Numbered from the stretch's first letter, positions 49,858 to 59,997 are shown. The stretch: DNA of 64,000 nucleotides from Nitrospirota bacterium (GCA_963790025.1 CAWBMP010000004.1:1376001-1440000), one strand, 5' to 3'. Numbers and translations: made by a program. The notes: generated from the letters alone by a model not told the origin.

Positions 49858-50514
49858 ATGGCAACCGTTATGAAAATCGGAATCTACGCAAGAGTTAGCA
49901 CGCGCGACAAACAGGAAGTCGAGAACCAATTATCGCAACTACGGCAATACTGCGAACGCAATGGTTATAAAGTTTTCAAAGAATATATCGATACCGATTC
50001 AGGCAGTAATCCAGACAGGACACAGTTCCGCGCCATGTTTCAAGACGCTTATCAGAAGAAATTTGACTCGGTGTTGTTTTGGGCTTTGGATAGGTTCAGC
50101 CGTGAAGGCGCTCGTGAGACAATAAATTATTTATCGGAATTGGAATCCTATGGTATCAGTTTTATTTCCTTTACCGAGCCGTATCTCAATTCCATTGGAA
50201 TTTTCAAAGATGCCATTATTTCCATCCTGGCCACTCTTGCCAAGCAGGAGAAAATTAGGATACAGGAACGGGTGCGCGCAGGACTGGAAAGAGCCAAGGC
50301 AAAAGGTATGAAGTTGGGGAAGAAATCATTGGCGCCCATTGAACGGAAGAAAATCATTGAAGCCCATCTTGCCAACAAGAGCCTCTCTGTCAGACAACTT
50401 GCCAAAACCTTAAAGATGAAACCCGGCAGTGTTCACAAAACCCTATCACTTTTTAGGACAGGGAAATGTAATAATGACGGCATTTTACAGGATAGTTCTT
50501 CGCGTTCACTATGA
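49858..50514 (+). CDS. Small serine recombinase (resolvase/invertase) with C-terminal HTH
   Basis: YARVST, SGS, DRFSR, ERVRAG and SVRQLAK motifs. Confidence 0.92.
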   Translation: MATVMKIGIYARVSTRDKQEVENQLSQLRQYCERNGYKVFKEYIDTDSGSNPDRTQFRAMFQDAYQKKFDSVLFWALDRFSREGARETINYLSELESYGISFISFTEPYLNSIGIFKDAIISILATLAKQEKIRIQERVRAGLERAKAKGMKLGKKSLAPIERKKIIEAHLANKSLSVRQLAKTLKMKPGSVHKTLSLFRTGKCNNDGILQDSSSRSL

Positions 50515-50597
50515 CAGGTGTTTGATGAACATACTATGAAGTGTATAAGATAAGGCAATAATATTGAATTCTGAGCGAAGTATTGATTTGTCGCCGT

Positions 50598-51215
50598 TTA
50601 ATTAATGATGCCCTTATTCCTATCAACTTTTTCCTGAATTCTTGTAAAATGAACGGATAATTTAAAAAGCAATAAATAAAAACCATAATCACTAAGGCAC
50701 AGAATCCTTATGTCTTTTAAATTCTTGCCTATCATTGTATTATCGGAACTATTAATTCTATCCAAAAAAACTATCGATTCGTCCTCAATACCATAGCCAT
50801 TCGGCAAATAAAACAATTGAGTGACATATTGTTTTCTGACGGTAGCCACAAAGGTCTCTATCTTAGAATTGTCAATTCCATTGGCTTCTAACAAGATAAT
50901 AATTTTTTTTAGTTTCACAATTGGTGCATAAATAAGATTACGTGAAATATACCGTGTCTCCTTGGGCTGATTATCACAGGTATTAGACAAGATCATGCAC
51001 GGTGCATAATGTATAGTTGGAGCAGGTAAGTTTACAATGGGCAAATCCGTTATAACATCACCTTGAAAAATTACATCTTGGTTTAAAATCTGTGTAGTGT
51101 AAATTCGTGAGTCAATATTTTCAGGGAATTGCTCCAATTCTTCAAGAAGTGCTATGGTTGATTCAGCAGATAAATATTGAGGCAGATACTTCTTAACTTC
51201 TTCCCATGGAATCAT
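50598..51215 (-). CDS. Hypothetical protein with QGD...ILSNTCD...APIV pattern (possible PemK/MazF-like fold)
   Basis: Third gene of a tight AT-rich operon; fold call is inference. Confidence 0.55.
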   Translation of the reverse strand: MIPWEEVKKYLPQYLSAESTIALLEELEQFPENIDSRIYTTQILNQDVIFQGDVITDLPIVNLPAPTIHYAPCMILSNTCDNQPKETRYISRNLIYAPIVKLKKIIILLEANGIDNSKIETFVATVRKQYVTQLFYLPNGYGIEDESIVFLDRINSSDNTMIGKNLKDIRILCLSDYGFYLLLFKLSVHFTRIQEKVDRNKGIIN

Positions 51216-51223
51216 ATTAATGA

Positions 51224-51553
51224 CTACAATAACTCCGCAAAATTGTCATTAATAATCTTCACAATTATAGGGTCTATATTTTCAGATTTCTCCAACAGAT
51301 TAGATGCAAATTTATTTAATGTTTTAATTTGATGCAGTGCCTGCATTTCCTCACAGGTCATGGAATAATAAAATACTTTCAAATATTCTTCCCATGGCTT
51401 GCTATCCGCAATTACATTTAAGTCATAATTTTGAGCAGGGGTTAACAAATCCTCACGTAGTCCATAAGTTATTATTGCAAATGTTGCGGTTGCTGATAGT
51501 CCTAACATGATTAATTTGCTTGTTGATGGAGTCACTTTATTGTCCTCCTGCAT
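51224..51553 (-). CDS. Hypothetical protein
   Basis: 109 aa, overlaps the upstream gene by 17 nt. Confidence 0.6.
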   Translation of the reverse strand: MQEDNKVTPSTSKLIMLGLSATATFAIITYGLREDLLTPAQNYDLNVIADSKPWEEYLKVFYYSMTCEEMQALHQIKTLNKFASNLLEKSENIDPIIVKIINDNFAELL

Positions 51554-52265
51554 ACGTAGGATTTAATGTTTCTAAAAAATCCGGGTTAAGCAAACCAAAA
51601 AATAATTTCTTTTCTTCTTCATGCCCTTTAAGAAGCAAATCAGAGTAAGATGTCAAAAACCCATCAAGATTCTCAGTGGTAGAAGTATCAATGTCAATAA
51701 CAGAACCCGATAAAATCTTATTCTGAACACCCAAGGATGTTTTATTTGTAATTTGAAGCACAGATGTGAATTCATTACTTTTAAGTTCAGTCCGAATAAA
51801 TGTATTATTGCTTTTCAACGGTTCGTTGCATAAATTAACTCCCAATGAAATCTTTTGAAATATGTCAAAATCAAAGAAGTTAATATATCTTAGTCCAAGT
51901 CGTTCCACTTTTTTAATAACATCAACTTCTCTTATCTTCTCGAATACATCGGCAATTTCCCTCAAGAAAATTTCCCATCCAACATATTCCGTTGGACTGC
52001 TTATAGAAATTACCTTGGGGCCTATCAATGCTCCGAAGGTTTCATTATTTATTTTATAATGAGGCTGATTTATAAAGTTAGGGTCTTGATGTCTTATCTG
52101 TTCAGGTATTTGCAAAATAGGTAATGGGTTAACCGTTGGATATTTATGTTGGAGTGCTTTAAATATTATGCCGAATACTGCGGAATATACGATATTAGGT
52201 TCAAACACGATACCAATGTTGGCATCAATAATCGGACAAGGGTCTATCTTTACCGGTATTTTCAT
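51537..52265 (-). CDS. TIGR04255 family protein
   Basis: CPIIDANIGIVF, EYVGWEIF, VERLGLRYINFF, VIDID, HEEEKKLFFGLL motifs. Confidence 0.8.
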   Translation of the reverse strand: MKIPVKIDPCPIIDANIGIVFEPNIVYSAVFGIIFKALQHKYPTVNPLPILQIPEQIRHQDPNFINQPHYKINNETFGALIGPKVISISSPTEYVGWEIFLREIADVFEKIREVDVIKKVERLGLRYINFFDFDIFQKISLGVNLCNEPLKSNNTFIRTELKSNEFTSVLQITNKTSLGVQNKILSGSVIDIDTSTTENLDGFLTSYSDLLLKGHEEEKKLFFGLLNPDFLETLNPTYAGGQ

Positions 52266-52367
52266 TAGGTTATAAATATTATATAAAGTCTACAGGAAAA
52301 GTCTATATATGAAATGATTCGTCAGTGAAGTTTGGTAACAATGCTATATTGTGGCATTTTTATTTTT

Positions 52368-52625
52368 TTATGAATCCAATTTCTCGTAAACAAAAGTCGT
52401 TGTTGCTCCCATTAATGGTCCTATTATTTCTTTTCTCTTAACATTACATAAATTCTCAAATTTCGTGCTTCCCAATGCGGAACATACTGCGGGCAATGAC
52501 TGAGACAGGGACATCTGATGATGGATGTCTCCCGCCCTGACTGAAACCAGTTTGTCATTTCTTTTTCTTGCAGGGTTAATATAATTGTTCTTTGTAAATT
52601 CCCTAATCAAGTCTGCTTTTTTCAT
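52368..52625 (-). CDS. Small hypothetical protein (defence-island type)
   Basis: VRAGDIH...LPAVCSALG; AGGAG RBS. Confidence 0.6.
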   Translation of the reverse strand: MKKADLIREFTKNNYINPARKRNDKLVSVRAGDIHHQMSLSQSLPAVCSALGSTKFENLCNVKRKEIIGPLMGATTTFVYEKLDS

Positions 52626-52643
52626 TTTAATTGTTCTCCTATC

Positions 52644-54044
52644 CTACCACTGTAGCCCTCTTTTAATTAAAACATCTTGTGCGTCTTTATCGCCCAGTCG
52701 CGAGGCTGTTTTGTAATCTTTGATTGCCTGCTGTTGGTTGCCTAATTTGTCATAAGCAAATCCCCGATTAAAGTAAGCCCCTGCGTCGTCAGGCTTAAGT
52801 TCTATCGCTTTATTGAAATCCTTAATTGCCTCCTGATAGTTGCCTAACTCCGCATAATCAGCCCCCCGATTACTATGAGCATATGGATAATCAGGCTTGA
52901 GTTTTATTACCTCTGACAAATCCTTAATAGCCTGCTGATGATTGCCCAAACTCCCATAAGCAAATCCCCTACGATAATAAGCCTCTGGGTCATCAGGCTT
53001 GAGTTCTATTACTTTGCTGTAATTCTTTATCGCCTCTTGAAAGTTGCCTAAACTGCGATAAGCAAGTCCCCTATCGTAATAAGCCTCAGCAAACGCGGGC
53101 TTGAGATTTATCGCTTCGTTGAAGTCTTTAATCGCCTCCTGAAAGTTGCCTAAATTGTAATAAGCAATTCCCATACCGTAATAAGCCTCAGCCCAATCAG
53201 GGTTGAGTTTTATCGCTCTGTTATATTCTTTAACAGCCTGCTGATGATTGCCCAATCTATCGTAAGAGAACCCCCTACCATAATAAGCAAGCACAGAAAC
53301 TGGTTCAAGTTTTATTGCATTATCGTAATCTTTAATAGCCTGCTGATAGTTACCTAATCTTTCGTAAGCAACTCCCCGATTATGATAAGTCAATGCGACA
53401 TCAGGTTTGAGTTCTATGGCTTTAGTAAATGCTTCCGATGCTTCTTTCCATCGTTCTGCGTTAGAAGCCTCATAACCCTTTTCAACCCAATCAACCGCAT
53501 TAAGCCCACTTATTGTCTTTTCATATGCATCTATATTTTGAGCCTCTGTTTTTTTATCCAAATCATTTGATTTTGTTGCTACCTCAAGTTTTCTTCTTAG
53601 CCTTTCGTTCTCTTTGGTTAATTCCTCTGCCTTCTTCCTTGTTTCTTCAAGTTCTTGTGTCTTGTATCTGTTTTCAACAAGTTTCTTTAAGATTTTTTCC
53701 ACTTCTTTAGGGTCAGCAGACACCTTTGCCTTCAGCCAATAAGACTTTCCGTCCCATTTTTCATCTATCACTTCCGCACCCACAATACCCGCCGAATATG
53801 TAGTCACCTGGTCTTTCGTAAGCTGCATGTTCTTTACTTCGGTCTCGCTGACAAGATACGTGCCCAGTTCTTCAAGCAACAGCCTCTTTACCGTTTCAAG
53901 AGCAAGCGTCCTACTTGAGTTCCTGCTGTCAAAATCGCTGGCTTGGTATGTGTATTCCTTCTCAAAAGTTACGGTTTCTGCAAGGGCTAACGACGGAGAT
54001 AAACAGATGATGATAAAACACAATATAAGACAGGCACGCTTCAT
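52644..54044 (-). CDS. Exported TPR-repeat protein
   Basis: Signal peptide; about 8 tandem 34-aa repeats (AYYxRGxAYxxLGNxQEAIKDxxKAIELKP). Confidence 0.92.
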   Translation of the reverse strand: MKRACLILCFIIICLSPSLALAETVTFEKEYTYQASDFDSRNSSRTLALETVKRLLLEELGTYLVSETEVKNMQLTKDQVTTYSAGIVGAEVIDEKWDGKSYWLKAKVSADPKEVEKILKKLVENRYKTQELEETRKKAEELTKENERLRRKLEVATKSNDLDKKTEAQNIDAYEKTISGLNAVDWVEKGYEASNAERWKEASEAFTKAIELKPDVALTYHNRGVAYERLGNYQQAIKDYDNAIKLEPVSVLAYYGRGFSYDRLGNHQQAVKEYNRAIKLNPDWAEAYYGMGIAYYNLGNFQEAIKDFNEAINLKPAFAEAYYDRGLAYRSLGNFQEAIKNYSKVIELKPDDPEAYYRRGFAYGSLGNHQQAIKDLSEVIKLKPDYPYAHSNRGADYAELGNYQEAIKDFNKAIELKPDDAGAYFNRGFAYDKLGNQQQAIKDYKTASRLGDKDAQDVLIKRGLQW

Positions 54045-54384
54045 ATATCCCCCAAGTATAGAATAGCCTTATTCTATTAATGTGTCAGCACTGCGTCAAG
54101 GTAATATTCACGCTTTTTCATGATATCCATGCTTTTCCATGAGCATATATATTATATAATGAGAACACAAATATTACGTTCCTCGATTTTTTTGATAATC
54201 GGACAGCACCGGACAGCAAACGTATATATAGGAGCCGTCTGCCAAGCCCCTCTGTGATAGGAGTTGGAAGGTAGATTTAAAACGATGACAAAACCACAGA
54301 CTTGATAACGATGCACGGACGGGGGTAGGGTTTAGTAGTTCAAAGAATAGAAAATGACATAGTAAGGTATTAACCACGCCGAGA

Positions 54385-54417
54385 CAGTGGCTTAAAAGGC
54401 TTTACGTTAAGCCACTG
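54385..54417 (-). terminator. Hairpin downstream of the radical SAM gene
   Basis: CAGTGGCTTAA-N11-TTAAGCCACTG. Confidence 0.5.
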
Positions 54418-54480
54418 TAAACGATTTATGTCAGGTTCGACGGTTTTTTTATCACTCAATGACTTTTTTTAAAATAATTA

Positions 54481-55326
54481 TTATATTTTCTTTGCCTTTG
54501 ACTTTGACGTCGCCTTTGACTTTGCCATTACGGCTTTTATAGAGTCTTTCCACTTTACCTGGCGATGTCCTTTAAGAGCCTTGACGAGCCGTTTGATTTC
54601 ATCATTGGATTGCAAGGCTTCAATTTTTTCAATTGCCTTCACATTTTTCGGGATGGATGTGTCCACGCGAGTCCGCATCATCTTCATTTTGCCCAGCCAA
54701 ATAGTCTCGCTAACATGTTTCGCAATCTCCTTCACCGTAATTAATGCGTCGTCTGTCCCAAGGAGCATCGGCTCCATTGATACCGATGTGTTAAATCCAT
54801 GATCAAAAGCATAGGCAAGGGATTTTAATCTCTCAGACGGTGACGGGGCGCCGGGTTCCCAGAATTTGGCGACTTCATTCTTCAGCGTGCCGACAGTGAA
54901 CCGGAATAAAATCTGCTTCTTGAATTCACCGAATTCATCACACAACCTCTTGATGCACCGCAAATGTGGCTTAGATACAATTAGAACTTCATTGCCTGCT
55001 TTAAGCAAACTTCTAAGCACAGTAATGGCATGTGGTAAATAATCGGGAGATATGTCATGTGTCGTCGGAAACATTACCGTTCCCTTATATTTCTTGTGTT
55101 TGCTTTCAACTTTACTCTTATCGACGATCTCGTTGCTCCAATCTGCTCGTTTAAGCCTGCCATACCGCACAGCCATGCTTCGGGCATAGCAGTAGAGGCA
55201 ATCGTGAGAACAGCCCAATCCAATATTGATATTCTTTTCCGCCCATTCTTTGGTTCCTGTGCCTGTCCTCTTTTTGGGTTTTATAATTGTTTTTTTATTT
55301 GTCTTTGTGGCTTTCTTTTTTGGCAT
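54481..55326 (-). CDS. Radical SAM protein (DUF5131/spore-photoproduct-lyase-like)
   Basis: GTKEW...GCSHDCLYCYA (CX3CX2C), VSMEPML. Confidence 0.8.
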   Translation of the reverse strand: MPKKKATKTNKKTIIKPKKRTGTGTKEWAEKNINIGLGCSHDCLYCYARSMAVRYGRLKRADWSNEIVDKSKVESKHKKYKGTVMFPTTHDISPDYLPHAITVLRSLLKAGNEVLIVSKPHLRCIKRLCDEFGEFKKQILFRFTVGTLKNEVAKFWEPGAPSPSERLKSLAYAFDHGFNTSVSMEPMLLGTDDALITVKEIAKHVSETIWLGKMKMMRTRVDTSIPKNVKAIEKIEALQSNDEIKRLVKALKGHRQVKWKDSIKAVMAKSKATSKSKAKKI

Positions 55327-55463
55327 GATTGTTATTCCTCCTTTTCCTAAAGTCCCGCCATTTTAGCACTATCAGCGTAATCCTATTCATACATTAAAAT
55401 GTGGTTGCGACAGGTTTTATCCTTTAATATCGGGAATAAATGACTAATCTTAAATTTGCCGTT

Positions 55464-55629
55464 ATGAAGGGTATGAATAGTATGAAAGCACTTTTATAAT
55501 TTTCGCATACGTATACATATATTGTTTTTTTATGAAATTGCCTTCATAGTATTCACAAACCTTCATGAGCCTTTTAAATCAATAAGATATAACCATGAAG
55601 GACAATGAAAGGTTCCGGCAACCCTTCAT
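55464..55629. repeat. Patch of ~9 ATGAA(GG)/(CC)TTCAT repeats
   Basis: Copies at about 55464, 55473, 55482, 55532, 55541, 55560, 55595, 55605, 55623. Confidence 0.65.
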
Positions 55630-55691
55630 GGTTTTTCGGCTGCTAAAAAGACGGTTGGCATGGCGGTTAAGGTGAACTATAATTATAGTGT

Positions 55692-56132
55692 ATGAAACGC
55701 AATACACAACACACATCTTCCGCCGCTGTGATGGCTACTGGAGCCGAACTTTCCCGACGGGGTTATGATGTTACTTTCACTCTCGGTAATACACGTAAAG
55801 TGGACATGTTGTGCTCGGTTCCGGATGGGCAAACTTTCAAAATTCAGGTGAAGGGAATTTCTAATCCAGCTGCTTTTTACATTGATAAATCTTTTTTCGA
55901 TGGAGATGCTCAACAATACCTCTTTTTGGTAGTTGTACTCGTTCCGAAATGCATTAGCTCACCGTTTAAATTCTTTATTCTTTCCCATAAAGAAGCACAG
56001 GAGGAATTTAATAAACTGCCCACACATAAAAGGGATGGCAGTCTCATTACAAAAGGGTTTGGACTCGGTTGGAGTTCGATTAAGTTTTATGAGAATAGGT
56101 GGAATACATTCCCTATAGTTCAGAAGGAATAA
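55692..56132 (+). CDS. PD-(D/E)XK-like nuclease
   Basis: AELSRRGY...VDML...IQVKG pattern. Confidence 0.7.
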   Translation: MKRNTQHTSSAAVMATGAELSRRGYDVTFTLGNTRKVDMLCSVPDGQTFKIQVKGISNPAAFYIDKSFFDGDAQQYLFLVVVLVPKCISSPFKFFILSHKEAQEEFNKLPTHKRDGSLITKGFGLGWSSIKFYENRWNTFPIVQKE

Positions 56133-56160
56133 GCCCTACCACTCAATTAAAACCAACATA

Positions 56161-56259
56161 CCAATAAACCAATAAACCTGCTTGGCAGTGCTGGCTATGA
56201 AAAAACAGCATTATAAGAGCCGTCATAGCCTGCCTGCCAATAAACTCAAACCAATAAAC
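56161..56259. repeat. Four CCAATAAAC direct repeats
   Basis: At 56161, 56169, 56237, 56251. Confidence 0.6.
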
Positions 56260-56262
56260 TGT

Positions 56263-56547
56263 CTATATCTTCCGGTGAATAATAAGCTCACAGTCCGCTT
56301 TCTGTGGTTTACGCCTGCCTGTCATGATGTCAAAGACAATTTGAGGGACATCATATCCGGCCTGCGTTAAATCAGAAATAATCTGGGTAGCCGACACAGT
56401 CTCGCGTGGATAAGCGAACTCGACATCGTATTCATGAAACTCCCGCAATATGTCCTGTAACTGGGCATTAAGATATTCATCCATCAGTTCCGTTGTTTCC
56501 ACTTGCCTCGCCCTCGGCGATTTCTTTTTCTTGAATATTTTAAACAT
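56263..56547 (-). CDS. Hypothetical protein
   Basis: AAGGAGG RBS before ATG 56547. Confidence 0.55.
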   Translation of the reverse strand: MFKIFKKKKSPRARQVETTELMDEYLNAQLQDILREFHEYDVEFAYPRETVSATQIISDLTQAGYDVPQIVFDIMTGRRKPQKADCELIIHRKI

Positions 56548-56605
56548 AGTAGCGTCCTCCTTATTTCCTATAAATATATGACGATGCAACTGCAAAAATA
56601 AATCA

Positions 56606-56743
56606 TGGTGTGTGTGGGGTTAAAAAAATCTCCGAAAGGCAAAACCAGTGCAGAGCAGAAACAGCCGTGGTGTGTGTGGGTTGAACCTACGAAGTCAGAA
56701 ACAGGGCAGAGGCAAGAAGAGTCTTTAAATCTGGTGTGTGTGG
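56606..56743. repeat. Degenerate ~63-bp tandem repeat with TGGTGTGTGTGG core
   Basis: Exact 12-mer at 56606, 56668 and 56732; intervening segments are similar to each other. Confidence 0.75.
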
Positions 56744-56792
56744 TAAAAGAACCGGAGAGCCATTAAAGAAATAGGATAATTACTAAAAAATC

Positions 56793-57020
56793 TTAGTCAT
56801 CCCCGTGGTTAATATTGTCAATATAAAATTTATCTGTGATTGAAAGACTGGTTGTTCTTTCCATGTCGTTACAGTTATCGTCTTCTTCGTGTCTGCCGAT
56901 ACTTTCATTGTTTATTCCTTTATTATTCTTAATACCTTTCCGTATTCTGTAAATAATTATGCCAGCAAGCGATACAAACACAATCATAAATCCGATAGTA
57001 ATAATGCCTTCAAAGTTCAT
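56793..57020 (-). CDS. Small membrane protein
   Basis: N-terminal TM; GGAGG RBS. Confidence 0.5.
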   Translation of the reverse strand: MNFEGIITIGFMIVFVSLAGIIIYRIRKGIKNNKGINNESIGRHEEDDNCNDMERTTSLSITDKFYIDNINHGDD

Positions 57021-57302
57021 TTTACCGCCTCCCACAAATCCAATATTGCCGCCGATATCCATGCTTCAATATACCACATATCGGAACTATATATGAGAAC
57101 CTCATTCTTTTATACGGTGTTACCACATAAAGAAACTATATATAGTCGCCAGATTGTTTTATCGTGACACTCATAAAGTAGTCTCAATGTGTAGTTCCCA
57201 ATTTATTTTATTGATGCCACGCAATCAGGAGTTGCATTTTGGGTATTTACAGAGCGTGAGGGTATGCACCGCATACCTGACACTATATATCGGAGGTAAG
57301 TA

Positions 57303-57536
57303 ATGAAAGTTTTTGTAAAGGTAACGCTGAACCAATCATCAGCATTTGAAAAACTTATAATGCAGGAACTCGGAGACAACCGCGCGGGCAGTATTAAGAA
57401 ATTATCGTATGAGGGGATATTATTCCGACGTTTTCTTGCCTCGCTACTCCCTGCACAAACGGAAACTGTAACACCCATTTCGGAACCGAAGAAAAATGAA
57501 CCGACGGGCATAGGCGATATCATGGGAGAATTTTAA
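57303..57536 (+). CDS. Hypothetical protein
   Basis: GGAGG RBS; 77 aa. Confidence 0.55.
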   Translation: MKVFVKVTLNQSSAFEKLIMQELGDNRAGSIKKLSYEGILFRRFLASLLPAQTETVTPISEPKKNEPTGIGDIMGEF

Positions 57537-57539
57537 TTT

Positions 57540-57929
57540 ATGGCGATACCAAAGAAAGTTGAACGATTAATACTGAATATAGCCAGCAGGACAGACAACC
57601 CCATGGATTTCGCTATGGCTATACTGCACGAACGCCGTCTTATACGCTGGCGACTGTCTCGATTATCAAAGGCAGACAAGGTGAACCTAATAGCAACTTC
57701 GAAGCCTGGCCTCCATAACGCTATGGACATATTTCTCTATAGCAGAATGTCCGGACTATTGCAGTCAGGGAAAACCATACGCATGCATGAAGTGCTGTCT
57801 GAAGCATCCAAGTTTTTTCAGTGTTCAATTACACTTTCATTAAAAATAAAAGCATACCGTGTAAGGGAGATTGTCTATCAGGAGCGTAAATATAAAAAGA
57901 GGAAAATGCAGGCTGTGCTGGAAACATAG
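57540..57929 (+). CDS. Basic hypothetical protein
   Basis: Starts 3 nt after the previous stop. Confidence 0.55.
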   Translation: MAIPKKVERLILNIASRTDNPMDFAMAILHERRLIRWRLSRLSKADKVNLIATSKPGLHNAMDIFLYSRMSGLLQSGKTIRMHEVLSEASKFFQCSITLSLKIKAYRVREIVYQERKYKKRKMQAVLET

Positions 57930-58107
57930 TCTCTCACCAAGCATAATAATGATACGTTTTTTTTAGTTTTGCATAATTCACCAACCTAAAAAACAGCATC
58001 ACCGCCGAAGTCGAAGCCGTTGCCTTTCCGTTCCGACAGCCGTCGCTAAACTTATGTTCCTCCTGTCAAAAGATTGAAAAGCAAGAATTGACATTTCATC
58101 GAGAACT

Positions 58108-59172
58108 CTAATATTTATGCTGAACCGGCGGCCATGGGAAAGTATTAAAGTCAATTTCTTTAATAGTTCCATCTTCATTATGTAACCATGTCATTACACT
58201 ATCGGGGGGGACAAAAATTGAGCTAAGGGGAACGTCTAATCTATCCGCCAACAGCTGTGCATAAACATTCGATTTCCACTCGTCAAACAATGGCTTCTTG
58301 CTAAGCCCCGCTAATGGCATCTGGTATACCTTGAGTGTTTCTTTTCCTTCCTCTTCAAACCATATATACTTCGGAACTCTATTAAAGAGTGCAGCCTTGT
58401 AGCTAACGCAAGTAGCAATTTCTTGAAATTGAACCGGATGTAATGCCATGTCCCTATATTTATCCCAGAAGTCATCATCATATTGTTGTGCCCCGCCATC
58501 TTGTAAGACAGCAATTATACCGACATCTGACATGCGGCAGGATATGAACATGTTATTTAAACCATCACCAAAATCCCATTGATACCTGACGTCATCTGGA
58601 GATTTAGTTTTGAAAATAAGGAGTGAGGCTGGGAAGAACCCATCGAATATTATGGGACGTCTTAGGCTCTGTAAAAAAAAATGATGCATCTGAAATTCGT
58701 TCAGCAATTCAGGTGAGGTTATAGCCTCACTTTCAGGGGAACTTCTATCAAACGCTAAAAAAAGTTCCTTATACAGTATTCCGTAAAATATTTTCCCAAG
58801 CCACTGAAAAAGGGTTAACTTATCTAACGTTTGAACAGCCTTGACTCCCTGTGCAACTGCATCGGCAACTTTAGTTTCTATAGGTTGAAGAACTTTGTTA
58901 TTACATTCGTAGCAGGCAGGTATCGTTAACTGTCTATATAAAATTGTTGTTCCATTCAGAAGATATAATTTTTGGTCCCATAACTCATAAGAGTTCTGAG
59001 CCCATGTTGGAATTACATGTTCTCTTGTTAACGATTTTTGCGTTACCTTCTGTCCGCATAAAAAACAATGCTCATCACTAAAACTGCGTTCGAAAACTGC
59101 CTTGTATAACCTACTGGGAGCATCACTTTCCATAATACAATTATACATATCTGACATAAGAAATTTACACAA
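58108..59172 (-). CDS. HNH-like nuclease domain protein
   Basis: CFLCG...TREHVIP...IPACYECNN. Confidence 0.7.
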   Translation of the reverse strand: MCKFLMSDMYNCIMESDAPSRLYKAVFERSFSDEHCFLCGQKVTQKSLTREHVIPTWAQNSYELWDQKLYLLNGTTILYRQLTIPACYECNNKVLQPIETKVADAVAQGVKAVQTLDKLTLFQWLGKIFYGILYKELFLAFDRSSPESEAITSPELLNEFQMHHFFLQSLRRPIIFDGFFPASLLIFKTKSPDDVRYQWDFGDGLNNMFISCRMSDVGIIAVLQDGGAQQYDDDFWDKYRDMALHPVQFQEIATCVSYKAALFNRVPKYIWFEEEGKETLKVYQMPLAGLSKKPLFDEWKSNVYAQLLADRLDVPLSSIFVPPDSVMTWLHNEDGTIKEIDFNTFPWPPVQHKY

Positions 59173-59242
59173 TGACGCTATGAAAAGTTATCACCAATAT
59201 GTAATATATAAGCGTGCGAGGGAATGAAAGGAGCAGAATAAG

Positions 59243-59788
59243 ATGGCATTTTTGATTTATGAAAAACAAGGTAATTATTTAATTCCAACCGGAGAATATT
59301 ACAGTCTTGCTGGATATAACTTGATATATAATTTGTGGGAGAAGAGAAAGAAACCAACTGATGAGGGTTGGCACATGAGCGCCGATGATTTAATTCAAGA
59401 ATATACCGAAGGCAAGGGCAATATTGAGACCCACTCACTTCTTATAGACTTCCATCCTGGCGCTACGAGAAGAATCGGAATTATAGAACTTTTGGATATT
59501 TATGCATATACATATTCTGGTAGTTCTGACATTGAAGCGGCTTGGACGCCAATGATGCTTAGATTACGAGAAGTTTTTTACAAGGATGATTATAAAAATG
59601 AAATCACCAGGTCGGAAAAGGAAGCAACGCTGAAGAAACTCGCACAACCTTCAGCAGATGCCGACGATTTTGTCGAGTTTCTATATCTCAATGGAAATGA
59701 TAAGGGTTGGAACTGGGGTCGTAACGGAATGGTAAATGCGGCATTCATACATGCTCCGGCAAGAGCATATTTCAAGAAATATTTTTAG
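59243..59788 (+). CDS. Hypothetical protein
   Basis: AAGGAG RBS; Trp/Gly-rich C-terminus GWNWGRNG. Confidence 0.7.
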   Translation: MAFLIYEKQGNYLIPTGEYYSLAGYNLIYNLWEKRKKPTDEGWHMSADDLIQEYTEGKGNIETHSLLIDFHPGATRRIGIIELLDIYAYTYSGSSDIEAAWTPMMLRLREVFYKDDYKNEITRSEKEATLKKLAQPSADADDFVEFLYLNGNDKGWNWGRNGMVNAAFIHAPARAYFKKYF

Positions 59789-59997
59789 TAAGCCGAATAT
59801 TGTGGTAAGTAATTCATTGATAATCCCTAAAGGTATTGCAGACGGGTTATACCGTGTAATGAAAAAGGCATAGTGCAAATAATCATACCTTGTTTACCAT
59901 GTCAAGCATCGAAATAGTCACATCCGCCGTAAGCAACGATATTGCCATTTGTAACTTTTCAGGCTATATCAAACATCTTGTCTGTCACTCGCCAAAA

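Noticed and set aside
52690..53400. 102-bp periodic DNA repeats
   Set aside because: Explained by TPR protein repeats
56606..56743. Possible mini-CRISPR array
   Set aside because: Repeat core only 12 bp, spacers resemble each other, no cas genes
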